A DNA stretch of 64,000 nt from Terriglobia bacterium (GTDB lineage: Bacteria; Acidobacteriota; Terriglobia; 20CM-2-55-15), in contig CAXWPJ010000012.1 in NCBI GenBank assembly GCA_963664115.2, forward strand, positions 160,001 through 224,000. The letters are read 5' to 3'. Made by a program: the position numbers and the translations under genes. Below, one piece after another: positions 9,271 through 18,104 of the stretch. The number at the start of each line of letters is the position of its first letter. The first letter of the stretch is position 1. The notes beneath the pieces are model-generated. The model ran no database searches. It saw nothing but the letters and a program-made list of their open reading frames with translations, and had not been told where the DNA came from.

Positions 9271-9471
9271 CCGCTACTCGGGAGTTGGCACGACGATTCA
9301 GTAAACATTACGGCGTTGGTGGGAAGTAATAGGCTCGATGTCTTGAACGTCGACTACGCCACAATGAATCGCTTGCAGTTGCCGGACTAACGGGCGAGAC
9401 TAAAAACACACGAGCGTCGGCAGACAACCTGGCGTTCTTGCCTGCTTAACAAATCATCGGAGGTAAGTATC

Positions 9472-9954
9472 ATGCGCGGAGCAATGCTGTTTGCGGCCGG
9501 ACTCTTCGTTGGGTTGGCCGTAAGTGTGGGGATGGCGCAAAACGCCAACAGTAATGTCGTGATGATGAATCACGTGGGCATCAACGTGCCGGACATCCCG
9601 GATGCGATGACATACTACACCGAGACAATGGGCTACCGGGAAGCGTTCCGTCTCAACGACGACAACGGGCAGCCGAGGCTGGTCTACATGCACATCAGCG
9701 AAAACACGTTCCTTGAGCTCGGGCAGGCGAACGCGCAACGGCCTGCAGGTTTCAGCCATTATGGGCTGCACGTCGAGAACGTGGCAGACGCCGTCGCACG
9801 GTTCAGAAGGGACGGCGCAACTGTCAGTGATACCCGCACCAGCGATACCAAAGCGATCCTCGCCAACATCACTGATCCGTACATGGGCCGCATCGAATTG
9901 GCCGAACTCCCTCCGGAGTCCCTGCATTACAAGGCCATTCAGAGCTGGAATTGA
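9472..9954 (+). CDS. Secreted VOC/glyoxalase family protein
   Basis: Signal peptide; NHVGINV.D, FLEL, HYGLHVENV, DPYMGRIEL. Confidence 0.85.
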   Translation: MRGAMLFAAGLFVGLAVSVGMAQNANSNVVMMNHVGINVPDIPDAMTYYTETMGYREAFRLNDDNGQPRLVYMHISENTFLELGQANAQRPAGFSHYGLHVENVADAVARFRRDGATVSDTRTSDTKAILANITDPYMGRIELAELPPESLHYKAIQSWN

Positions 9955-9968
9955 GAAGGAGCATAGAC

Positions 9969-11081
9969 ATGAAAGTTTCAGGTTTCGTGAGGTTCTCGTC
10001 GATGGTGGTGATCGCTGCCGTCGGGATTGCCCTGCTGGCAACGAGTGTTCAAACACAGCAGCGGGCAGGCACGGTTGAGACGGACAGAGTTCAACCCGTC
10101 AACAGCGGCGCCAATCCTTATCGCGTCTTCCGGGACTGGGCACAGCTCAATTTAGAGGCGAGACCGTGGGGCGGCTCCAACGGCGTCGCCATCGACCCCG
10201 ATGGCCGGTCCGTGTGGGCCGTCGACCGATGCTCACCCGGGACGACTCCGGGCTGTGTCGACAGCCCAGGGAACCCGGTCCACCATTTCGATGAGTCTGG
10301 AAATGAGATCCTAAGCTTTGGCAGCGGGATGTTCGTCTGGCCGCACGGCATCCATGTCGATCGAGACGGAAATGTGTGGGTTACCGATGCACGAGCCGAG
10401 AGCAACAAGGGAAGCGTCGTGGTCAAGTTCAGTCCCGAAGGCAGAGTCCTCATGACGCTTGGGACGCCGGGTGTGAGCGGAAACCCTCCCGAAGCTCTGA
10501 CTGACCCGACCAGCGTCGTGACCGACCCGGGAAATGGTGACGTGTACGTGGCGGAGAGCCATACGAACGTAACCGATCCCAATCTGGTCGGCCGCATCTC
10601 CGTCTTCGACAGAGACGGGAACTTCCTCAGAGTGATCGGCAAGACCGGAACGGGGCCGGGAGAGTTCCGGACGCCGCATGCGCTCGCGTTCGATTCCCAG
10701 GGCCGGCTCATCGTCGCCGATCGCCACAACCATCGCATCCAGATCCTGACGAAGGACGGTAGGTTCATCCGTGAATACGCCGACTTCGGGCGCGTCAGCG
10801 GGCTGGCCATCGACAGCAACGACGTCATTTACGCGGCCGACTCCGAGTCGAACGAAAGGGTTCACCCAGGCTGGAGGAGGGGAATCCGGATCGGCAGCCT
10901 CCGAGACGGGGAGGTGACCATGTTCATTCCGGCACACCCGACGGATTCTCCGGACGGTGCGATGGGCGAAGGCATCGCGATCGACCCCGAGGGCAATATC
11001 TACACGGCGGAAGCACGATTGAGCGACACGCCGGAAGCACGAGTGAGGGGCGTGACGAAGTACGTCAAGAACGAGAATTGA
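9969..11081 (+). CDS. Secreted NHL-repeat beta-propeller (peptidylglycine amidating lyase-like)
   Basis: WPHGIHVDRDGNVWVTD, GEFRTPHALAFDSQGRLIVADR.NHRIQI. Confidence 0.85.
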   Translation: MKVSGFVRFSSMVVIAAVGIALLATSVQTQQRAGTVETDRVQPVNSGANPYRVFRDWAQLNLEARPWGGSNGVAIDPDGRSVWAVDRCSPGTTPGCVDSPGNPVHHFDESGNEILSFGSGMFVWPHGIHVDRDGNVWVTDARAESNKGSVVVKFSPEGRVLMTLGTPGVSGNPPEALTDPTSVVTDPGNGDVYVAESHTNVTDPNLVGRISVFDRDGNFLRVIGKTGTGPGEFRTPHALAFDSQGRLIVADRHNHRIQILTKDGRFIREYADFGRVSGLAIDSNDVIYAADSESNERVHPGWRRGIRIGSLRDGEVTMFIPAHPTDSPDGAMGEGIAIDPEGNIYTAEARLSDTPEARVRGVTKYVKNEN

Positions 11082-11227
11082 AGCGCGTCAATCATCGCGC
11101 TTCGCTGATCTGAACCGGAGAAGCCCCGCTTCGATCTGCCTGCACAAGGAGTTGCGGTCAATCAGAAGGTCCAGTCCCTGAGATACCGCGGACACGAAAA
11201 AGTGGAATGCCCTAACATGGAGCCCTT

Positions 11228-11251
11228 CAGGCGCGATCCACTTTGGAGCAT
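11228..11251 (-). pseudogene. Very short kinase-like N-terminal stub (MLQSGSRL)
   Basis: Kinase-type start; upstream region homologous to 4463-4530 (shared AGCATAGGCGACT). Confidence 0.4.
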
Positions 11252-11344
11252 AGGCGACTATACGTCCGTGTGGATTGCCTCATCTTCGAATCTGGATACT
11301 TGAGAGTAGTTTAGTAGGCTGTGGGTAGCGAGACTTGATGATCG

Positions 11345-11445
11345 CTACGGGACCGGCACCCGTTCCTTCAGTTCTTCAAACCAGTTCAGGACGATGTTGA
11401 TTTGGGGTCATGCGACCTCGCCGCTATCGGCCTGGTCGGCGGGCC
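11345..11445 (-). pseudogene. C-terminal remnant of a Ser/Thr kinase-beta-propeller gene
   Basis: Minus strand reads PADQADSGEVA*PQINIVLNWFEELKERVPVP*; GACTTGA lies just downstream. Confidence 0.8.
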
Positions 11446-11567
11446 GAAACGGGTTGAGACTCGACACCGCCTCGGTTCACCGCCTCGAATCTACACTGGG
11501 GATGACTCGACGGACTCGGCCTACTTCGCCACAGATCCCAGGAGGGCGACGTCACGGGGCGCACTCA

Positions 11568-11887
11568 AGTTAAATGACCCCCGGCAAAGCCGGGGGCTTA
11601 GTTTTGTTAGCCCCTCAAAAGGGCCGGTCAAGAGCCGCCTGAAGGCGGCGAATTCGCCCACGGTATGTTCAACTGCTCCACAATTCTTCGTCCGTCGGTA
11701 CTTCGGTACGGACACCGCGTGACACTAGCAATCCCATGTCGTGTGCAATAGGCTTTGGCAGTCTTTCGTTACGTCCTCCTTGTTCGAAAGTTGGCGCTTC
11801 CAAGGAGGAGTTCCTTATTTACTGCCGCTTTCGGTCAAACCTCTGCGAGTCGCCCCGGCAGAGCCGGGGCTTTACCTGTTGGAATTA
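11568..11887 (-). mobile_element. Internally deleted IS200/IS605-family element (tnpA pseudogene)
   Basis: Terminal hairpins CCCCGGCAAAGCCGGGG and GCCCCGGCAGAGCCGGGGC; decayed TnpA start KDCQSLLHTTWDC*CHAVSVPKYRR. Confidence 0.75.
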
Positions 11888-11890
11888 GCC

Positions 11891-12760
11891 CTAGCTTCCA
11901 CTGCCATCCGTTGTGCTGCCACCACCAAGGTCACTCACAAAGGACTGGAGCATGGTGGTGAACTCCATGGGGAATATGAACTTGGTGGCGGCACCTTCTC
12001 CGAGTCGCTTCAGCGTCTCAAAGTATTGCAGGCTCATAGTTCGGGCGTCTGCGGTCCGGGCAACCGTGTTGATCTGAGTGAGGGCGTTGCTGAACCCTTC
12101 CGCGTTGAGAATAGCGGCCTGGCGAGTCCCCTCAGCACGGAGCATGGCGGCCTGCCGCTCACCCTCAGCTTTAAGGATGGCCGCCTGCTTTTCCCCCTCG
12201 GCTCGGTTTATTTGGGCCTGGCGTTGTCCTTCCGACTCTGTGATATCGGCCGTCTTGATGGCCTCCGCCGACTTCTCCCTCTCCATGGCGTTCTTCACCC
12301 CGTCGGGTGGGTCGATCTCGTTGATTGCGGCCCCGCGGACCTTGACCCCCCAGCGGCCCGTATTTTCGTCCAGCGCAATCTGGAGCTGACTTTGTATCTG
12401 CTCCCGTTCGCTTAGCGCCGCGGCCAGAGTTATATTGCCAATGATGGACCTGAGCTCTGCCACGGCCAGGTTCCGCACCGCCAGGCGGTGGTTCGCCACC
12501 TCGAGGACCGATTTCTCCGCTTGATCCGGTAGGACGCGGTAATAGAGTACAAAGTCCATGTCCACAACCACGTTGTCCTTGGTGATGTACTGCTGCGTTG
12601 GGACTCGCTCCGGCACCTCCCGGGTATCTACGACCCTACCGGAATGGAAGAAAGGTATGAGGAAATGAAACCCGGCGCCCTTGAGACTCCCCGTGTACTT
12701 TCCCAAGGAAAACACCACCATCTTCTCGTACTGTTTGACGATCACTATGCCTGTTGCCAT
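11891..12760 (-). CDS. SPFH/band-7 (slipin/QmcA-like) protein
   Basis: ITKDNVVV..D, LRSIIG..TL...LSERE, WGVKV, AEGEKQAAIL repeats. Confidence 0.9.
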   Translation of the reverse strand: MATGIVIVKQYEKMVVFSLGKYTGSLKGAGFHFLIPFFHSGRVVDTREVPERVPTQQYITKDNVVVDMDFVLYYRVLPDQAEKSVLEVANHRLAVRNLAVAELRSIIGNITLAAALSEREQIQSQLQIALDENTGRWGVKVRGAAINEIDPPDGVKNAMEREKSAEAIKTADITESEGQRQAQINRAEGEKQAAILKAEGERQAAMLRAEGTRQAAILNAEGFSNALTQINTVARTADARTMSLQYFETLKRLGEGAATKFIFPMEFTTMLQSFVSDLGGGSTTDGSGS

Positions 12761-12855
12761 GGTAGCCTCCTGAATGTCTTGTGCACTGGTAACCTAGTCA
12801 CTCCACTAGTCTTATAGTTACGCCGTACGCCTCTCCATACGGGTTCAACCCGAGA

Positions 12856-14235
12856 CTAGTGAGCTGATTCCAGAGGTTGATCACTCTGCTCTAGCCGGAT
12901 CACGGTGAGAATGATGCCGTTCACCTTCACCACCTCTACCTTTTCTCCAGAGCCTATCTGGTCGCTGCCCTGGGCCACTGCGGTCCAAAGTTGGTTTTCC
13001 AAGCGCACCGTACCCCGGGGTGCAAGATCAGTGGCAACCTCCGCCATTTGGCCCACCAAGCCAGCCACACCTGGATCGAGCGGCCCTCTTCGCGACCGTA
13101 CGATGGTGGTGATCACCCATCCTCCACCACCACTCAGCACCAGCGCCGTGGACACTAGGAACCACGGGCTCACACCTATACGCGGCATTGTGGGTGATGG
13201 CGCACCCGTATGGAAGAAAAGGAAAACCCCTCCCAAGATGAAGCTAACGATGGCCCCAACACCCAGGATACCAAAGCCCGCCACGTAGACCTCCAGCGCC
13301 GCTAGGACCACTGCCATGAGGATGAGCACCACACCCGCCCAGTTGACCGGCAGGTTCCCCAGGGTGACGTAGGAGAGAATCAAGAGGATGAGTCCAGTTA
13401 CTCCCGGCACGATCAAACCTGGATTCAGTAACTCCAAGAAAATGCCCAGACTGCCGAGAGACAGGAGCAAATAGGAAACGTTGGGATCGGAGAGGAAGCG
13501 CAGGAATCGCTCGACCAGGCTCATCTCCATGGTCTGCACCGCCACCCCTTGCGTTTCCAGTACCAGGCGTGGGCCACCAGGGGGCCGTACCGTGGCCTCC
13601 CGGCCGTGGAGCTGGGCCAGGAGGTCATCCAGATCACCAGCCAGAAAATCCACCATGCCGGACTCCACCGCCTCTTCGCCGGTGAAAGACAGTGCCTGAA
13701 GCACGGTGGCCTCCAGCTTCTCCTGATTCCGACCCCGTAGCTCGGCGATGGTCCTCATCTCGGCCGCGGCGTCGTTGGTGACCTTGGACCTGAGGGTCTC
13801 TGGAAGCTCCTCACCGTCACCGCTAACCGGGCTGGCAGCACCGACGTTGGTCCCTGGCGCCATCACAGCGAAAGTGGCGGCAGCAGTGATGAAGGTACCC
13901 GCCGAGGCAGCCCTCGCCCCACGAGGTGCCACGTACACCACCGACGGCAGCTCTGCGTTGAGCAAGTGTTGGGTAATCTTCCGCGTAGAGTCCAGAAGAC
14001 CACCAGGGGTATCCAAGTGAACTATGATCAGGCTGGCACCCTCGGCCTCGGCCCGCTCCACACCCCGGGCAATGAACCCCTCAGTAACGGGGCTGATGAT
14101 GCCATCCACTTCCAGGAGTAGGACGTGGCGCTGCTGCGCGTGGCCAAGATTCAACAATCCTCCGGCCATGGCCACAGCCGACAGCAACCCCACCAGCAGG
14201 TGAGGCTTACCCCTGATCCTTGCTCCACTCAGCAT
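12856..14235 (-). CDS. nfeD: Long NfeD membrane-bound serine protease (ClpP-like + TM + OB)
   Basis: LDTPGGLLDS, AASAGTFI, MAPGTNVGAASPV; adjacent to the SPFH gene. Confidence 0.9.
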   Translation of the reverse strand: MLSGARIRGKPHLLVGLLSAVAMAGGLLNLGHAQQRHVLLLEVDGIISPVTEGFIARGVERAEAEGASLIIVHLDTPGGLLDSTRKITQHLLNAELPSVVYVAPRGARAASAGTFITAAATFAVMAPGTNVGAASPVSGDGEELPETLRSKVTNDAAAEMRTIAELRGRNQEKLEATVLQALSFTGEEAVESGMVDFLAGDLDDLLAQLHGREATVRPPGGPRLVLETQGVAVQTMEMSLVERFLRFLSDPNVSYLLLSLGSLGIFLELLNPGLIVPGVTGLILLILSYVTLGNLPVNWAGVVLILMAVVLAALEVYVAGFGILGVGAIVSFILGGVFLFFHTGAPSPTMPRIGVSPWFLVSTALVLSGGGGWVITTIVRSRRGPLDPGVAGLVGQMAEVATDLAPRGTVRLENQLWTAVAQGSDQIGSGEKVEVVKVNGIILTVIRLEQSDQPLESAH

Positions 14236-14371
14236 GTTCCACGAATCCTGATCCTAGTAGCATCCCTCAACTCCGCCCCAGGCAATGCTCAATCTTGTGA
14301 AGCTCGTTTGAGTCGTTAGCGGCTGAGCGTTTACGACTGCTGGCCTTTGAGAGCTTTGAGTTTTTCCAGGG

Positions 14372-14452
14372 TGCGCGCCACACTTCACCCATTCCACCCT
14401 TACCTAAAAGCGTTGAGATCTCGTAATGACCGAGTTTGGTGCCAGATTCCAT
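14372..14452 (-). pseudogene. N-terminal remnant of a Ser/Thr kinase gene
   Basis: MESGTKLGHYEISTLLGKGGMGEVWRA (glycine-rich loop), then abrupt loss of similarity. Confidence 0.88.
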
Positions 14453-14527
14453 GTTCAAAGTGTGTCGCTGAAAAAACCGAGTAAATCTCGGTAAAAGATA
14501 CTAGAGGAGTGAGTTAGGCGCTATCAA

Positions 14528-14562
14528 ATTCTCAAGTCCCTGCAAATGACCTTGGCGGACAG
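14528..14562 (-). repeat. Recurring site, inverted orientation
   Basis: Minus strand CTGTCCGCCAA-GGTCAT-TTGCAGGGACT-TGAGAAT. Confidence 0.65.
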
Positions 14563-14885
14563 TCAGATAGCCGAGTCTTTCATCCAAATCCGTAAGGATC
14601 TCAATGGAACACAACTGGACCTGGCAGGAGTTGACTGTTCAAAACGAAGCAAACGAAGGTGACGAAGGGAGAGATCTGAGAGAATGAACTAGGAAAGGTG
14701 CAGAGGAAGAAATCAGTGGTCATCAGTCAGGAATTATCAGTCCGAAGGTGAGAAATCGTGTCGGCCGGATTTCTCTAAACCCATAACTATTAACTCTTAA
14801 CATTCCTTACCGCACCTGTTCTTTTAAGATCACAAGTGTCCCTGCCGCTGCAGGACCGCAACCCGTGCGGAACGGAAGTTCACGA

Positions 14886-16133
14886 ATGAGCGCCAAACGT
14901 GTTGTCATTGTCGGTGGTGGAGTGATTGGGACCGCCTGCGCTCATTACCTCAAGAATGCCGGCTTCGACATTACGATTATCGACAGCGGAAGCATCGGCG
15001 GCGGCTGTTCCCATGGCAATTGCGGATACGTCAGCCCCAGCCAAGTCCTTCCACTGACCGAGCCCGCTGCAGTCGGTAAAGCATTCAGGTCGCTTTTTAA
15101 AAAGAACGCACCGCTACGCATCAAACCCCGCTTCGATCCGCAGTTGTGGAGTTGGCTCATAAATTTCGCTCGACGCTGCAATACGCGCGATATGCTGCAA
15201 GCGGCCGAGGCACGTCACGCATTGCTGGCTTCCTCAAGAGAGCTTTACACCGAATTGTTTGAGACAGAAGATGTTCCATGCGAGTGGGAAGAACGCGGCC
15301 TATATTTAGTGTTCAAGACAGCCGCCGCGTTCGAGAAATATGCTGAAACAGACAGGTTGATTCGCGACAACTTCGGCATCGGGGCGACACGTTTCGGTGC
15401 GAGCGAAGTAGTGAAGCGTGAACCTGCCTTGTTGGATGATATCTCGGGCGCGTGGTACTACGAGGGCGACGCGCACCTACGTCCGGACCGGCTGTTGTCG
15501 TCCTGGCGAAAACTGCTTGAGTCGCGCGGGGTGGCGATCATCGAACAGTGTAAGTTCACACATTTCGTCCAGAGCGGTGACCAAGCCGTCGCAATCTCAA
15601 CATCAATGGATAAGCTGGAAGCTGATTGCTTCGTTGTCGCCACCGGTGCCTGGACGCCCCAGTTGAATTTTGAAATCGGCTGCCGGATTCCGGTTCAGCC
15701 TGGCAAAGGCTATTCCATCACGATGCCTCGCCCCGTGCTGTGTCCCGGGACTCCGCTCATTTTTTCTGAAGACAAAGTAGCTGTGACTCCGATGCAATCT
15801 GGATATCGGCTGGGTTCCACGATCGAGTTTGCAGGCTACGATACAACACTCAACCCGACGCGACTCGAGATGCTCAAAGAGTCCGCTAGACACTACCTCC
15901 GCGAACCGTACTCCGAGCCTGTGGAAGAAGAGTGGTACGGTTGGCGACCGATGACCTATGACGGCGTTCCCTTTATCGACCGCAGTCCACGCTTCTCCAA
16001 CGTCTTAATCGCCACCGGCCACAACATGCTCGGCCTCAGCATGGCCACTGCAACGGGCAAGCTGATCGCGGAATGGCTCAGCGACGAAACGCCTCACATT
16101 GATCCGAAGCCATATCGAATTCAGCGGATTTGA
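14886..16133 (+). CDS. FAD-dependent D-amino acid dehydrogenase (DadA-like)
   Basis: VVIVGGGVIG, CSHGNCG, PGKGYSIT, GWRPMTYDG.P, ATGHNMLGLS. Confidence 0.88.
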   Translation: MSAKRVVIVGGGVIGTACAHYLKNAGFDITIIDSGSIGGGCSHGNCGYVSPSQVLPLTEPAAVGKAFRSLFKKNAPLRIKPRFDPQLWSWLINFARRCNTRDMLQAAEARHALLASSRELYTELFETEDVPCEWEERGLYLVFKTAAAFEKYAETDRLIRDNFGIGATRFGASEVVKREPALLDDISGAWYYEGDAHLRPDRLLSSWRKLLESRGVAIIEQCKFTHFVQSGDQAVAISTSMDKLEADCFVVATGAWTPQLNFEIGCRIPVQPGKGYSITMPRPVLCPGTPLIFSEDKVAVTPMQSGYRLGSTIEFAGYDTTLNPTRLEMLKESARHYLREPYSEPVEEEWYGWRPMTYDGVPFIDRSPRFSNVLIATGHNMLGLSMATATGKLIAEWLSDETPHIDPKPYRIQRI

Positions 16134-16444
16134 GTTCGGTGTTCCGCACACTCCAGACGGTACTGTCAACTTGGGCTCGCTGAAGTTGTTACAGGTCGTT
16201 CAGTCAGAACTTCGGCGTGACGTTCCGTCTTCATTACCAATGAACTACGTCCGTTAGATCAGGTGCTGCGGCGATGAAACAAAGCAATGAAGCTGGCACC
16301 CGCAAACGTGACAGTTGCCCCGCATAACCTCACCACTCCACCAACTCCTTCTCCGTAAGCTCCTGGAAGCACCTCGGACACTTCGCAGCCGCTGACAGGA
16401 GGCCACGCCCAATTCTTTGAAGTTTTCAGGAATTACAGATGTCA

Positions 16445-16472
16445 ACTTCCGACAAGATGATTTATCAGACTA
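16445..16472 (+). repeat. Recurring site variant
   Basis: ACTTCCGACAA-GATGAT-TTATCAGACT, same GATGAT spacer. Confidence 0.7.
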
Positions 16473-16641
16473 ACGACAATAAGCCTCAGGCTTTCTAACG
16501 CAAGCTGTTTAGAGGCTCCCTGGGAGTTGTGCAATCTACCGATTAATGAGCGCTGATTTGAGGTCTATTTAGAAGCTGACGGTCGCTGTAAGCCTTTTGA
16601 AAGGATCTTGTGACGAGTACAACGTAAGCAGAAATGATGTC

Positions 16642-16926
16642 TCAATTCGGCCGCGTTGAATCTGACCAAATTGTGGGAGGCATTCCGGGTAACGGCTTGG
16701 GGTCTTGCGCTTCTTGTTGTTTAGGTTCCAATGGCAGATAGATGGTTTCACCAGTTGTCTTCGGTCTCCCTTTCCCTTCTTCCAAGGTCTTCGGTCTCCC
16801 TTTCCCTTCTAGCTTCTCCTCCAATGCCCTCCAACACTGCAGGCAAATATCATGTTCTCGATTCTCGATCTCTTTTTGCACGCATTCCCGGATTTCTCCG
16901 CAGAGATCACACTTGTAGACAATCAT
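16642..16926 (-). CDS. Small hypothetical protein with two CxxC pairs
   Basis: YKCDLC...ICLQCW; internal 30-nt-period duplication (EGKGRPKT x2). Confidence 0.6.
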   Translation of the reverse strand: MIVYKCDLCGEIRECVQKEIENREHDICLQCWRALEEKLEGKGRPKTLEEGKGRPKTTGETIYLPLEPKQQEAQDPKPLPGMPPTIWSDSTRPN

Positions 16927-16928
16927 AC

Positions 16929-17366
16929 TCACCTTCGCCTGAAGCGCCTATGACCGCTGATGAAGTTCCTTGGGCTTCGGAACCTCCGACCAGGCGTGAC
17001 GAATCCTGGTCCACGTGTAACCACCCCTCCACGAACAATTACCGTGGGAAAGGTATGGGCAACCACGTGCAGGTGTGAAAACCCAAACGTGTGAAGCTGC
17101 CTATGGATGAAAGGGTCCGAGAATGGCGTCACCAGGCCGGTGTTCAGAAACACTCTCGGAGTTGTCACGATTACCGGCACTTGAGTTGAAAAGCCGGAAC
17201 CTGAAGGAACGTGGCCGAAAGGACGCAGGGGGTTTGTCATGGGAGCGACAGGATTCGACATCGGAGCAATGCCGGTGATGAAACCCGCCCGTTGCGCTTG
17301 AGCTGCGGAGTCAGTGAAGAAGAGGAAAAGGGTAATTACGGCGAAAACTATTACGACTTTTCGCAT
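16929..17366 (-). CDS. Hypothetical exported protein with Arg-rich C-terminus
   Basis: GGAGG RBS; signal peptide ending AQA; coupled to next ORF. Confidence 0.55.
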   Translation of the reverse strand: MRKVVIVFAVITLFLFFTDSAAQAQRAGFITGIAPMSNPVAPMTNPLRPFGHVPSGSGFSTQVPVIVTTPRVFLNTGLVTPFSDPFIHRQLHTFGFSHLHVVAHTFPTVIVRGGVVTRGPGFVTPGRRFRSPRNFISGHRRFRRR

Positions 17367-17532
17367 AATCCACCTCCACCTGAAACTGTGCGCCTGACCG
17401 TCACGTATTTCAATAAAAATGGCGCTATGGCTGGTCCACTCGGCACAAATTCTTCTTGGAGGCTAGCATCGAGTTGGTTGGGATTCTTACGCTTCTTTTA
17501 ATTCAAACAGGTCTGTCATTGCTGGCCTGCAA

Positions 17533-17751
17533 TTAATGTGAAATTTGTTCGAGGCGGTTGAGGATGCTGGCCTTCTGTTCGTCGGTCAGATTGAGGTTGT
17601 ATTTTTTGTCACACAGGATGCAGCGGAAAGGGACATTTCCGACATCTACGAACCATCGCCATTGAAGATCCGTGTACTGAGGGCTCGGCCTGCCATTGCA
17701 GTCGTCTTTCGGGCAATCACCGATCGACAGCGGTATTCTCGTTTCATCCAT
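17533..17751 (-). CDS. Small Cys-containing hypothetical protein
   Basis: CPKDDC...CILC; starts 2 nt after the upstream ORF stop. Confidence 0.4.
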   Translation of the reverse strand: MDETRIPLSIGDCPKDDCNGRPSPQYTDLQWRWFVDVGNVPFRCILCDKKYNLNLTDEQKASILNRLEQISH

Positions 17752-17753
17752 CT

Positions 17754-18104
17754 TCAGGCTACCCCATTCTCTTGAGCCTGATGGATAGAACAGAGGCTGC
17801 CCTGTAGTTCGACCCATCGTTTCGGATCGTCTACGTTGGATCCGCCAGGCACGGCAGCTTGGCATCGCCGCCCTCGTTTAGTGGTGCCGGCACAACGAAC
17901 CGAAAAATTAGATTCCCAGGCCTGAAAGTCGTTCTTTGAGGCGCCGTAATGTTTCGCCAGGACCGCATCAGGATCGCGGTCATAAGCGACCACCTGGGAC
18001 CATGAAAGGGTAATGTACTCGCATCCGGCCGGGTGCGGATGCCAGCAGTCGAAACCGACGTTGAGTTCCGCAAGCTGCTTCAGTGATTGTGCGAGATCCG
18101 ACAT
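17754..18104 (-). CDS. Hypothetical protein of mobile-element origin
   Basis: ATG ORF with CAGTTKRGRRC...CSIH putative zinc-binding motif. Confidence 0.5.
   Translation of the reverse strand: MSDLAQSLKQLAELNVGFDCWHPHPAGCEYITLSWSQVVAYDRDPDAVLAKHYGASKNDFQAWESNFSVRCAGTTKRGRRCQAAVPGGSNVDDPKRWVELQGSLCSIHQAQENGVA

Noticed and set aside
1893-11445. CRISPR array from the repeated sequences
   Set aside because: Repeats are kilobases apart and translate as a kinase C-terminus; no cas genes.
1226-16472. Integron with attC cassettes
   Set aside because: No RYYYAAC...GTTRRRY hairpins bracket the genes, cargo lies on both strands, and the integrase is phage/island type with no evident IntI insertion.
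16445-16472. The chromosomal dif site
   Set aside because: The right arm lacks the conserved XerD arm TTATGT(T/A)AA and the site is multicopy.
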